From positions 78,895 to 142,894 of the forward strand of contig RDEW01000018.1 in the NCBI GenBank assembly GCA_011109175.1: a stretch of 64,000 nt of DNA. The letters run 5' to 3'. Origin of the DNA: Dicyema japonicum. Lineage: Eukaryota; Animalia; Dicyemida. Shown here piece by piece: positions 23,648 to 34,529 of the stretch. The notes under the pieces are model-generated. The model saw only the letters and a list, made by a program, of their open reading frames with translations. It was not told the DNA's origin and ran no database searches. Within the stretch, counting starts at the first letter, position 1; every line of letters begins with the position of its first letter. The translations under genes and the position numbers were made by a program.

Positions 23648-25130
23648 AATAATAATAATAACGCCAGAGACTAAGGTTACGCAAACTAACTAATCACGTA
23701 ATCCCAGCAGCTCTAGCAGAGATCTCTACTTGGCCGGATGCTCCTCCCACACAAGCACGTATCGGCCGAACGACTGGATCTTTGTAGACGCGACAGCGCG
23801 TTCCACGGTTCATGAGTATCATAGATTCTAGAGGTATTGGAGACTGGAACTCTCCAGAAATCCATCGTTCCGTAATTTTGGAGGCTCTTTTTCGGCTAAC
23901 CTCGATCTTCATAACATTTGTCCAAGAGATGAATAGCCCAAGATATCACTTGTGTAAGAATTGTATGGTTCAATGTATTGTTTGTATATTAGTCTTCTTT
24001 TCTTATTTCGTTATAACGTTTTCTACATGGGGCGAGAATTACATGTGCATTTCAAGGATCCTTTGAGATCTTCTAAGAGGGATAACTCCATTATTTTCTC
24101 TTAGATCTACTGTCCATCATCCCAGTCTCTTGTCTGATCCAAATAAAGTAGTGACGGACTGCTCACTACTGGTAGCTATGCGATTTTTCGAAAGCCGTCG
24201 TCAAGACGGTCCAGATTTTGTTGCAATCTCGAAATAGCAATCTGGATGTCCTGATCACGTGACGCAGTGACAATTTCGTCGGCATAAGTCAGAAGAATAT
24301 CATTTTAGACGTCCGGTGTGGAGAGATCCGCCATGAATAGATATGGAGATAAAAGGGATTTTTGGGGAACACCATTAGGAAGAAGCCGAGAAATAGATCT
24401 TGATTGACCAATGCAGACGCGTCCCCTCCGACCACTAAAAAAGTTATCTAACCAAAGTTTAAGCTTTCCAGGGATCTTTAGTAATTTTTAAGTAAGGATC
24501 CTCTTTAACACAGAATAAAAGCTTTTTGGACATCAATAGAGCAAAGTACAGTCTTCATGTGTCTCGAGAAGTGCAAAAAATCATATCGTATAAAGTTAGT
24601 CAATGCAGATAAATGGGTCGAAGTAGATCTCTCCTTTTTAAATCATTCTGAAATAACAAATCCGGTAGAAACTTTTTGATTTTCTCAAGAACCAACCTTT
24701 CCAGAATTTTCGACAACGAACACAATAACGCGACCGGTTTGCATGAAGCCGGATCCTTCTTCATTTTTCCGAGTTTCAAAATTAGACGAAGGTGGACAAG
24801 CTTCCATAAGGCTGAAATAGAATTTTTGTAAATAGAGTGGTTAAATATCCTCGTCAATGCAGCGATTCCATAATCCTCAAGATTCTTTAGGAGGATCATT
24901 TGGATCTTATCCGATCCGTTAGAATAGGTTTTTTTAATGATTTTCAATACATTTTTCACGTCGCTTTCAGTGAAGTAAATCATATCAGGTTCCTTTTTTC
25001 GGTTTACAAAGATAAACGGGGTAGATCCGACTTCTTATTGTCCTTATGGGATATTTTCACTAAATATTTAATGAAATTATTCAATTCCTTTTGGCTGTGA
25101 TCTACCTCAGATAATCTTTCATCCTCTCTT
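23648..25130 (-). mobile_element. Vingi-like LINE fragments (RT N-terminus and RT/3' end)
   Basis: KDPASCKPVALLCSLSKILE, PLSPYLF and TYADEIV; (TTA)n tail at 23648-23660. Confidence 0.75.
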
Positions 25131-25233
25131 GAGACGTTAAATAATAATTAATATAATTTTAAATAAATCATTGTAATATTTTAAATTTTTGAACGTTTTC
25201 AATAATATCATTTTGTAGTAAATCGAATCTAGA

Positions 25234-25491
25234 ATGAGCAAAAAACAGACTCCCAAGGATTTTTTACAATATATAATCGGTCGACCAGTTATAGTTAAGC
25301 TCAATGACTCATCTGACTTTCGTGGTATCCTAGTTTGTCTTGATGGATACATGAACATTGTCCTCGAGCACACTGAGCAATACATGGACGGTATTTTCCA
25401 GAAAAAATTTGGTAATTCGTTCATCAGGGGATGCAATGGTAACCGAATTATGTGAATTTTAGTTCTTCACATTTCCATGCAGAAAAGATAG
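25234..25491 (+). CDS. LSM6: U6 snRNA-associated Sm-like protein LSm6, 77 aa, two exons
   Basis: KQTPKDFLQYIIGRPVIVKL...CLDGYMNIVLE...FIRGCN; removing the 24-nt GT-AG intron 25439-25462 gives VLHISMQKR-stop. Confidence 0.95.
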
Positions 25492-25619
25492 GTTATTGAT
25501 TTCAATCATTTTTCTAATAAAATGTTAATTTTATTTTCAAATTCTTTCAACTCGTAAGGAAGGACTATATTTTTGAGAGTTTATGTATGAAAGCGCTAGA
25601 AATTGGAAGACTTTTACAC

Positions 25620-25790
25620 CTATCTTACGGGACCAAGTCAGCCTAGGTGACGGAAACTAAATCGATCATATCCTGCATCGGAGTTCAGCAGTGGGACCCA
25701 TTAAGGCCCCTCTTTTTTGCTTTGACAATTGATAGTGTAGTGCGTAATATAAACCGCGAGTTCAACTTGTGGTACTTAGATGATATCACA
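25620..25790 (+). mobile_element. CRE-like RT core fragment
   Basis: GVQQWDPLRPLFF and NLWYLDD motifs. Confidence 0.7.
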
Positions 25791-25859
25791 ATTAGTCACA
25801 CAGTAATAAAGGAACATTTGCTCAGGAATCAGCAAATAAAATTGCCGCTTTCTAAAAAA

Positions 25860-26170
25860 AACGACTATGTCACCGTATTTTAGCCATATTGTGGACGACT
25901 TAAGGTCGACATGTGGGTTGTCCAATGCTCTGAAGAGGACCTTATGAAGGTTTTTTAAGTTGATCTTTTCCATCAAATTATTATATTGTAATTCGATCAA
26001 CGCCTTCACATTTACTATCCCATCATCATCAACACCATACTTAGCAGACAAAAAAGGTCTCATAGTGCATAGGTGGGTTGCCTGTGTTTTCTCGGTCGTT
26101 ATTATGGCGTGCTTCCTAGCAGACACATTTGACCCAGCTATCAGGGTGTCGTGCATTATCAAGATACGCT
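25860..26170 (-). mobile_element. R4/Dong-like RLE element fragment
   Basis: VNVKALIELQYNNLMEKINLK...SSTIWLKYG, shared with 30640-30830 and 41860-42060. Confidence 0.7.
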
Positions 26171-26187
26171 CACTTAGTTGGACTACA

Positions 26188-27170
26188 TTAGTTAGCTGCC
26201 GCCCTCACTGCGTAGCTGTTCCCTCTCAGAATTGCGAGCGAAATTCGCTCAAACAGCCAGCGGCGTTTGCGGAGATCTCCAGTGCATGAGGTGATCCGGT
26301 TTTCAAGACGTCCGAAAAACTCTAGTGTAGAGGGGGAATAAAATCCGGAAGTCTCCATAGCAAGGAAAACAAATTGAACATTATCGGGAAGGTCCCCGTA
26401 TTTTTCGAGTTTGGCCTTTTCCGCCTTGACGGCTGCAGAGCAGGCTCTTGAAGCGCACTCGTGAAGATTGTTCGGGACGAACGTATCTGTAAATGTCACG
26501 TCCCAAACAAGTGGTTTCCTGGCCTCAAATGGAAATATGATCATCCCGTCCGGTCGTTTCCCGTCACTTCTGCATAACCCGACCGGTTCAAGAATGGCCG
26601 AGTATCCAGCAGCATCCATAGCCCGCTTGACAATTTCATTCAGAGCCTTGTGCCTTGGAGATCTGCCAGCGCTCCTCTTGCAGGCGAGAGGGTGCAGGCC
26701 ATAGCAGTCTATCAGGACACCACATCGGCACGGGTGAGGTACACATACTTTCAGTCCCAGCCGCAGAGAGATACCACTTCTAACGCATTCATTATCCAGA
26801 AAAGTTCCCAGAGCTCCATTTGGGATGGCGTTTAGCCAAACTCTCAAGGGAAGCCCCCGAAAGCAAACAAGCGCGTCTGTGCTGATTGGCCGATTCTAGT
26901 AGGAGTCCAAATGATTTCCAGCACAATAAATTGTCCAGGTTTCACTGGCAGTCTTGTGAATGAGGCAGGGGGAGGTTGGTGGCATTCCAGGCTTCTCGTG
27001 CGTGGATTATGTCTTGGTCAATTGAGAATTCGGGGAGAGTGTAGAATCCTCCTGACTAAAGCTTCGCAGGCAGTGATGAAGACAGATGTGCAGTAAGTGA
27101 GACGTCCAAAGTACGACTGATTCCAAGACCCCCAAATCTAACTAGACACAGTCCACGGCCGAACTTATCA
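26188..27170 (-). mobile_element. 5'-truncated CRE-like RLE retrotransposon
   Basis: Intact 219-aa stretch with CRC...HPLAC...RH, RPDG, LVWDVT and ERISLAILRGN. Confidence 0.9.
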
Positions 27171-27179
27171 CGGTGTAAA

Positions 27180-28872
27180 ATTTAGTCTCTCCGGTTCCCA
27201 TTCAAAATGACCTCCAATTAATTTTTTCAGGTTTTGGATAAGTTCATCAATAAACATCACGAGATATTTTACAATTGTTTGACATCTTTAAATAAAAAAG
27301 TCATCTTTTTTAAATCTTATAAAAATTGATTTTAACGGGTCCTATGGGTAAGTGGAACATAATACCAGGGTCCTCGACATCTTTAGGTAAAAAAAGTCAT
27401 CTTTTTTAATATTTTTATATAATTTTAGAATGAAAAATTTATTTTCAAAAGGAAAAAAAGAAAATAATTATAAATGTTGATAGAATACATATTCTACTAA
27501 ATTGAATATATATTCTGTCGGATCTATTAAGTAACATTTGTTCTTCAACAAATCTCAATATATTCTCAGATAAAGCGATATATTTAGTTTTTCTAAAAAT
27601 TTTTCTCCATTTTGTAATCTTAAGAATTATATCATTATGCCTTCTTTTATCAATTTCTTTACAAAATTTCTTAGCGTCTTGTTTAGTGTCCCAAATGTAC
27701 TTCTAAAAACGTTGTGCCAGCCTCAATGGAGTTATTTGTCCTAGGTAAGTCCTCATATAAATTATCCAGATTATTCCAATAATTAATTGGAAATCTTGGA
27801 ATTAATCAATTTTCTTGATTTCCGATATAATTGATCGAAAAATATTGATATAATGGAATTGCAAATCTGATCTCGACACTATCCAATCAAAAGTGTTCTT
27901 TACAGTATGTGTGGGAATAAAGGAGAGGCACTTCAACAGTTTTACAAATCTATCGTTAATTTTAAATCACATTTAACCTATTTATATCTTCATTATTTAT
28001 GTCGTTGAAAATTCCTAATTCCAATATTTTTTATTAATATTTTGTCCTAGATGGAACATGCAGCAATTTATCCGTGCGCTTGGAAATGACTTTTGAAAAG
28101 AGTTTATTCTTTTTTTTCAAAATCTGAGACAATAACTATTGGTTCTAAATCCGAAATGAGACGTTTAATTATTTGAAGCATTGTGTCATATTCATTTTCA
28201 GTTTTTGATGTTAAAAGACAGAATATTGTTAGAATTACATGGTGATTAATTATTACCGATATTGTGAATAACTGCTTCCAAGGAAGAGGGGAGACAGAAA
28301 AATCCCATCAATAGACCATATTTGATGATTTTTAATGGTGTCTTCATTTCAGTATTAAAAAATAACCATATTTGGCTCAACATGTGAAAAGTTAATCATT
28401 AATATACCAATATTTTGGCGAAAACTGTGTCCAAACGGATAGAATCTATGCCCTCGTAGGTATACATTAAATTCTCCTCAATATTAAGAACTGAATCGTG
28501 TGGGATACTTTTTCTTGTACCATTAATCAGTTGTTCCAGAGAAGAATGAGTCCGTGTCAAAGCAATAGTAGTCAAATTTTGTCCAAGCAGAGAATTATTA
28601 ATTATCTGTCTAGGATTCATATCACATAAGAGTGATTTCTGCTTTATGTCCTTCCGTATTAAGGCTCTCTTGACAAATTCACTCCTTGGAAGATGATTAT
28701 GTTGCTTCAGACTCCAAACTTCATCACACGATTGAATGGTTTTTACAGATCCAGGACAAGTACGATCTGAGCACCTCCAATATGTGCTTTGTCTCTTCCT
28801 GTATTTTAAATGGTACAGACTTCCATTATGTTCTAAACTTCTATTTCTCTTTTAATTAACGAGAAAAGGCAT
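27180..28872 (-). mobile_element. Mutator-like (MULE) transposase with FLYWCH domain, degenerate
   Basis: YWRCSDRTCPG...HNHLP; WSIDGIF; QLFTI; SDFE; CCMFHLGQ; PRTNNSIEA. Stops and frameshifts present. Confidence 0.85.
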
Positions 28873-28924
28873 ACAATAGTGAATAATTAAATTATTCAAA
28901 AGTTTAATTATAATAAAAGAAATT

Positions 28925-30304
28925 TTTTTTTTGTTTAAAACAAAAAATTTTTTTTAACAATTAAACAAATGTCAGTTGAGGAAGCCTGCTGCGTGGATTG
29001 CGAACGAGTTTCCTCGGAGTATGGCTATTCCTGTCTTTTGTCTTAGCCATAACCCTTCTCGTTGATCCCTTTTCTTTCTGGCAAGCAATCCTCCGAGTTC
29101 TTGCAAGAATTCGGCCGTCATTGGACCGACGGCTCCCGATGATTCGGTCGCAACAGGAGTAAATCGGTAGCGATCCCCGAGGCAAGAATATTTCTTGATT
29201 TTTAGGTTTTCCGCAGTCGAAGCAGCTGCTCCAGGTGTCTGAACGATTTAAAAATGTTCGTGCTTGAGAACGTGTCTATGCAAGTTGCGTCCCAGACCAA
29301 AGATCTTCCAGAAGTGAAGGGGAAAAGGTCTCTTCCCATCTCCTCGATCAAGACCCACTGGTTCAAGCTGTGCTGGGAAGCCTGAAGCCTTCAGAGCTCT
29401 GACGATCACATCATTCAGAGCAGCATGACGTGGTCCCCTTCCGGCGCTTCTTCTGCAGGACAGCGGGTGCAATCCTTTCGCATCGACTGTTTTCCCGCAT
29501 CGGCATCGGTGCTCCTGGCAAACGTCTAGTCCCAGCCTTTGTCCGATTCCAATCCTCAAAGAATCGTCGTCCAAAAAGGTCCCGAGGTTTGGGCAAGGTA
29601 TTGCACCAAGCCATGCTCCACTCCCTCTACTTGAAGCTGACACCAAACATGCCAGACGATGTTGATTTGCTTCTTTTTTAAGGTCTTCCAAAATTTTGGA
29701 GCAGACAATGTCATCCCAATTTCTTTGCTTCGTTTTGTCTTCGGGGATTTTGAGTCCGGACCCGTTCTATTTCCGACAAGCTTCGTCAAATGACTCATTC
29801 CAGCGAAGTCCAATTGTGTTATGAAGGACTTTCCGTGTCAAATGGCTGCAGCTTGAGAGAGACGATAGGTATGCCGGGTACGCAACCTCCAGCGCCGATC
29901 TCATTTCGACACCCCCAAATCCAGAGGGAAGCTTACATTGTTTCCAACCAAGTTCGTCGAAGCGGACGTTAATTAGTGACTCAACTGTTTGCTTGAGAGA
30001 CTTGTCTATTGAAAGTAGAATGTCATATTGTTCGTAGCAGGGTGAACATCGGAGTAGATATAAAAGCTTGGGTAGTCCGATGTTGTTTCTCATCATGAAG
30101 AAAGATGTGTGAGAGTCGAGACATGACAATCTTTTCGCAAGGCGTGTTAATTCTTCATTTTTGGGAAGTAGATGGTTCTTGAGTTCTTCTTCGCTGAGTG
30201 GGCATCCGAGGAAATATAATTTATCAACTGGCACAGTCGGGATCCCAGGAAGCAGTTCGTTAAAAGACTCCTTGATAGAGAGGAAGTCGGTGTATGGATA
30301 TGAG
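28925..30304 (-). mobile_element. 5'-truncated CRE-like RLE retrotransposon with 12-bp TSD
   Basis: ATAAAAGAAATT at 28913-28924 and 30305-30316; A-rich tail; YFLGCP, GAWLGAIP and HPLSC motifs. Confidence 0.9.
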
Positions 30305-30334
30305 ATAAAAGAAATTAAAAGATAATAACTCATT

Positions 30335-30630
30335 AAATTTAGTTTTCATACGTCATCAGGCGCGACCGCCCAGCTGGGCGGGTTGGAGGACTGCTTACCC
30401 TTATCAAAAAAGAAATTCCGTACTCAAACGAAACTTTTGTCAACCTCAAGTCTCCCGTCGAATATATTGGTATTTCAGTCAAGACAAGCATCGGAAACAT
30501 AAACATATTGAATGTGTATGTACCACCGCCCAACTCATGCCCCAAGGAATTCAGGTTCTCCCTGTTAGACATCGACAAATCAAAAAATATGTTACTTTGT
30601 GGAGACCTAAATGCAAAGCATCGATGGAAC
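30335..30630 (+). mobile_element. Vingi-like APE fragment
   Basis: GGLLTLIK, NVYVPP and CGDLNAKH motifs. Confidence 0.7.
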
Positions 30631-30634
30631 TGGC

Positions 30635-31640
30635 ACTATCAGATTTTTTTGTCTGCTAAGGATTGTGTTGATGATGGTGGGCTTGTAAATGTGAAGGCGT
30701 TGATCGAATTACAATATAATAATTTGATGGAAAATATTAACTTAAAAGCCTTTATAAGGTCCTCTTCAGAGCATTGGACAACTTAAAAGCCTTCATTAAG
30801 TCGTCGACAATATGGCTAAAATACGGTGACAACTCACCTAGATCGGAGTCGCTGTACACGTATATGGAAGACCGCAATATTTTTTGGGGTCGATCAACAA
30901 ATACATTTCCCCACTGTAAGTCAAGGAGCATGTCGGTTGATCATTTAGCCACTCGGTGCGGATCTATGATCTGCCACGACTATGTGTGGAGGCATAACGA
31001 GGTAGTAAGGAGTTTTCATCTACTATGCAATAAGTATGGTATTCGCCACATCAGAAAGTTGCGGACTCAGAAGGTGCAATCTGTAGTGGAAAACTCCAGG
31101 GTCCAATTAAGGTAGACAGTGTTATCCGCACCTCGGTGCTAGTCAAGCACAATAAACCGGACATTGTGGTACACGATAAGGAGTCTGGCCAAATCCTTAT
31201 CATAGAGATTGGCATTACGTCTCTAGACCGTTTGCAGACTGTGAAAGTGAAGAAAAAAAGAAAGTATGACTTGCTTGCAAGCGAAATGGGGAAATGTTTG
31301 GTTGCAAGGTCTTCGTTATTCCTATAGTAATGACGTGGGAAGGAATTGCAACAAAGTACCACAAGGGTTATCTGAAGAAGTTGAGGGTAGATAGGAAGCT
31401 CCAGGCCTATCTACAGTCCACTGTATTAAAGCGGACACTAGAGAGCCTGACACTGGATTATAGGAGGCAGAGTCCTGAGATGCCATATGGACAGAGGGTT
31501 CAATTGGACAAAGCACTCTCTGATTTGTTTCAGCAACCAGAATCGAACCTGCCTGAGGATGCTGGCGAACAGGCAGGCGAGAAAGGTTGTTGATTATTAA
31601 ATTTATTAACTTTTTATTGTTGGTTAAATAATAATAATAA
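30635..31640 (+). mobile_element. R4/Dong-like RLE retrotransposon 3' part
   Basis: CPHC-like VDHLATRC, RHNEVV, NKPDIVV, IIEIGIT and KYDLL; near-duplicate of 50590-51200. Confidence 0.85.
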
Positions 31641-31694
31641 CTTATTAAAGAAAGTTTAAATTTATTTTCAAAACGTGCAGATATTAATTTTACT

Positions 31695-32725
31695 ATGTTA
31701 TATTTAATTGGACTTGGTTTGGGAAGTTGGAAAAGCATATCTTTATCAGGGTTAGAAATAATAAAGGGGGTTGACTATATTTACATTGAAATGTATACTT
31801 CATTGATGTTCGATACTTTTGAACTTGTAGTAATATAAATTATTATAGGAAAAATTATGTAAAGGAAAAATATTTTACGCAGATAGAGAAATGGTTGAAG
31901 CACGTGATAGTTAGAATGTTATTAACCTTTAAAATAGGCCCAATAATAAATCAAGCAATTAATAATTCAGTGGCATTATTAGTTGGAGGAGATCCACTTA
32001 TGTATTTATATATTTTTATTTTAGGGCGACAACACACATTTCATTGTTTTTGGCTTGCAAGAATAAAATTTCACCTGAAAACCCCCAGATTCTTGTTTTA
32101 CACAATGCTTCTATAATTTCTGCTATTTGCAGTACTGGATTATCTGTATTTTTTCTTTTAATTCAGGCTACTAATTTTGGTGAAACTGTTTCCATTGTTT
32201 TTTGGACTGATTCATGGAAACCTGAAAGTTTCTATAATAAAATATTAGAAAATAAAAAGTTGGGTCTACATACTTTATGCCTCCTAGGTAGTCATTTTAT
32301 AATATTTTGATCTCAAATATCGGGAGCGAACTTTAGATAACATTTTAAAGTAATTGAATTTATTTATGTTAGTAACCGGCCCATATTCGAACCTCCTCGT
32401 TACATGAGCATTTCTACGGCAGTTTCCCAGTTGTGTAAAATCAGTGAAAATCGGTTTTCTGGTCTCTGGTTGTTATTAACGTCTAGAAGGTAGGACTGAT
32501 TTTCTTCCCTGCAGTTCCCCGTGTGTGGGATTTGCTAGGATTGCATATGAGGATATGAGATTTTGTTTTTCCAGTTTGAATGACATTGGATCGATTGACT
32601 TTGGAAAGCCTGTTGTTTGCTGTTTGGTTATATGTGGGGATTTGACTCACTCGGAATATAAAATGCTAAAAATGATGCAATCTTGTAATTATCCAAACTT
32701 TGAAAAAAATGTTTTTCAATTTTAA
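31695..32725 (+). CDS. DPH5: Diphthine methyl ester synthase, eight exons
   Basis: MLYLIGLGLG, ADREMVE, LVGGDP, HNASI, FGETVSIVFWTD, HTLCLLD, EPPRYMS and CVGFAR. Introns at 31827-31848, 31910-31937, 32002-32024, 32146-32166, 32288-32309, 32350-32372 and 32462-32486. Confidence 0.95.
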
Positions 32726-32979
32726 ATATTCTTTTTAATCTATGTAGTCAGATATAATCAAATGCTAGATTAGTTGTAATTTAGCCTATTGGAAGGCATA
32801 GATTGAAACATCCAAGTATGCTTATCTCCCATATGACTTGTAACCAAGTTATAATAAAAAAGAAAAAGATTTTTATTCTCAATCTGACCATAAAAATTAA
32901 GGAATTGGAAAATCTGTAATAAGACAATCTCATAATTGACAGAAGACATTCAATGAAAAATTATAATTAATTACATAAA

Positions 32980-33095
32980 GACGTGCGGGAAGCGGTCTGG
33001 CTGAGACAACGAATTGAGATCGCAGTTGTCCGCGGAAACGCTTACTCCGTAATGTCAGCAGCCGCTTTCCCCCATAGATAATAAATAATATTTTA
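32980..33095 (+). mobile_element. CRE-like extreme 3' fragment
   Basis: Near-identical to 11741-11860 (WLRQRIEIAVVRGNAYSV-like). Confidence 0.85.
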
Positions 33096-33164
33096 CTTTA
33101 ATGAAATAACATAAATATAAAAAGTAATTATTTTTAAATATATTAATAAAAATTAGCACAGTTA

Positions 33165-34465
33165 ATGTCGATACAATGTATTCGATTTAATCAGGATAAT
33201 GGTAATTTTGTTTAAAAACCAACAAGAGTGCTTTATTTGTGGTGGGAAAAACGGAATTTATATTTATAACTGCGATCCTCTTCAATGCAAAGAAATAAAA
33301 AGTATAAATAAAATTTTATATAACAGCATTTCCTAATACAGGAGTAAATTGCGTTGAAATGTTATTCCGTAGCAATTTTATTGCATTTTCCGCCGATGAC
33401 AGCAATGAATCTTACTTGTCTACAGCAGGTAATGTGACAAATCATACAATCTAGTTTATATTTGGGACGATATCAAAAGTAGTATTGTGATCACGATTGA
33501 ACTGGATTCTCCTGTGCTCTCAATCAAATTATCTCGGGAGAGGTTATTTAAAACTTATTTATTAGAATTGTGGTTGTCTTGAGTAAGCAGGTGCTTGTTT
33601 ATGCCTTCCAGCTTAACCCAAAACCTATAAAGAATTACATTACAGTACAAAACCCATTAGGTTGTTTATATTTTAATTATATTTATCTTGGAATTAAAAT
33701 AGTATTTAAACTTAGATTTTTTAATTTGTTTAATATTATAAGGGTTATGTGCTTTGGCCGGACTACATTCTTCAGCCACAATGGCTATGCTTGGAAGGTC
33801 AGATGGGGAGGTCTGTCTCTTAAATCACCCTTCAACAATTGCTCATTACATCTCTGCACATAAGACTCCGATTGGAGCTCTCACCCTCAGTAGAGATGGG
33901 ATGCTTTTGGCTACGGCTTCAAGTAAAGTTAGTTTTTCCATTCAGTTATAGGGAACTCTAATTAGAATTTTCGATGTTATAAACTGTGTGAAGCTTTGTG
34001 AGTGTAGGAGAGGACATAATGTGGCCACTATTTTTTGGTATTTCATTTCATTTTTATATTTAGTATAAATTTCAGCCGTCATCAGGATATGTTATGTACA
34101 ACTAGTGACCATGGTACTTTACATATGTTTTCCCTACCACAAAGCGTACGAGCCAAGTACTTTTTGAATTTATTCTAAATATTATACATTATTTTATAAT
34201 TTATTCTAATAGATCGGATGAATCAACGAATCGGTCTTCCTATCCTTCTATCTCCAAGTCAATTAAGACTGTGACTAGTTTTTCCCGACATTCAATTTCT
34301 AATGATGTAATGTCTATTTGTGCCTTTGGGGATTCATCTGATTCTGTTATTGGTTAATTATTTATGTCATATATAGTAATCAACTTACAAGGAACTTATC
34401 ATAAGATCAAATTTGATCATAATGGAAAAACTAATGATGTTGTTTTGGAAAATCTTTTAATTTAA
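33165..34465 (+). CDS. WDR45B: WIPI3/WIPI4-class (Atg18 family) PROPPIN, ten exons
   Basis: FNQD, VEMLFRSNF, IWDD, NPLGLC, ATASSKGTLIRIFD, ECRRG and TSDHGTLHMF. Nine GT-AG introns of 25, 25, 26, 23, 82, 24, 26, 56 and 24 nt. WDR45B versus WDR45 is uncertain. Confidence 0.9.
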
Positions 34466-34529
34466 TATTTACTAATTTAACAGTTTTCTTTTTAAGATTT
34501 TTTTAAGATTTTAAAATTTACCTTTTTTT

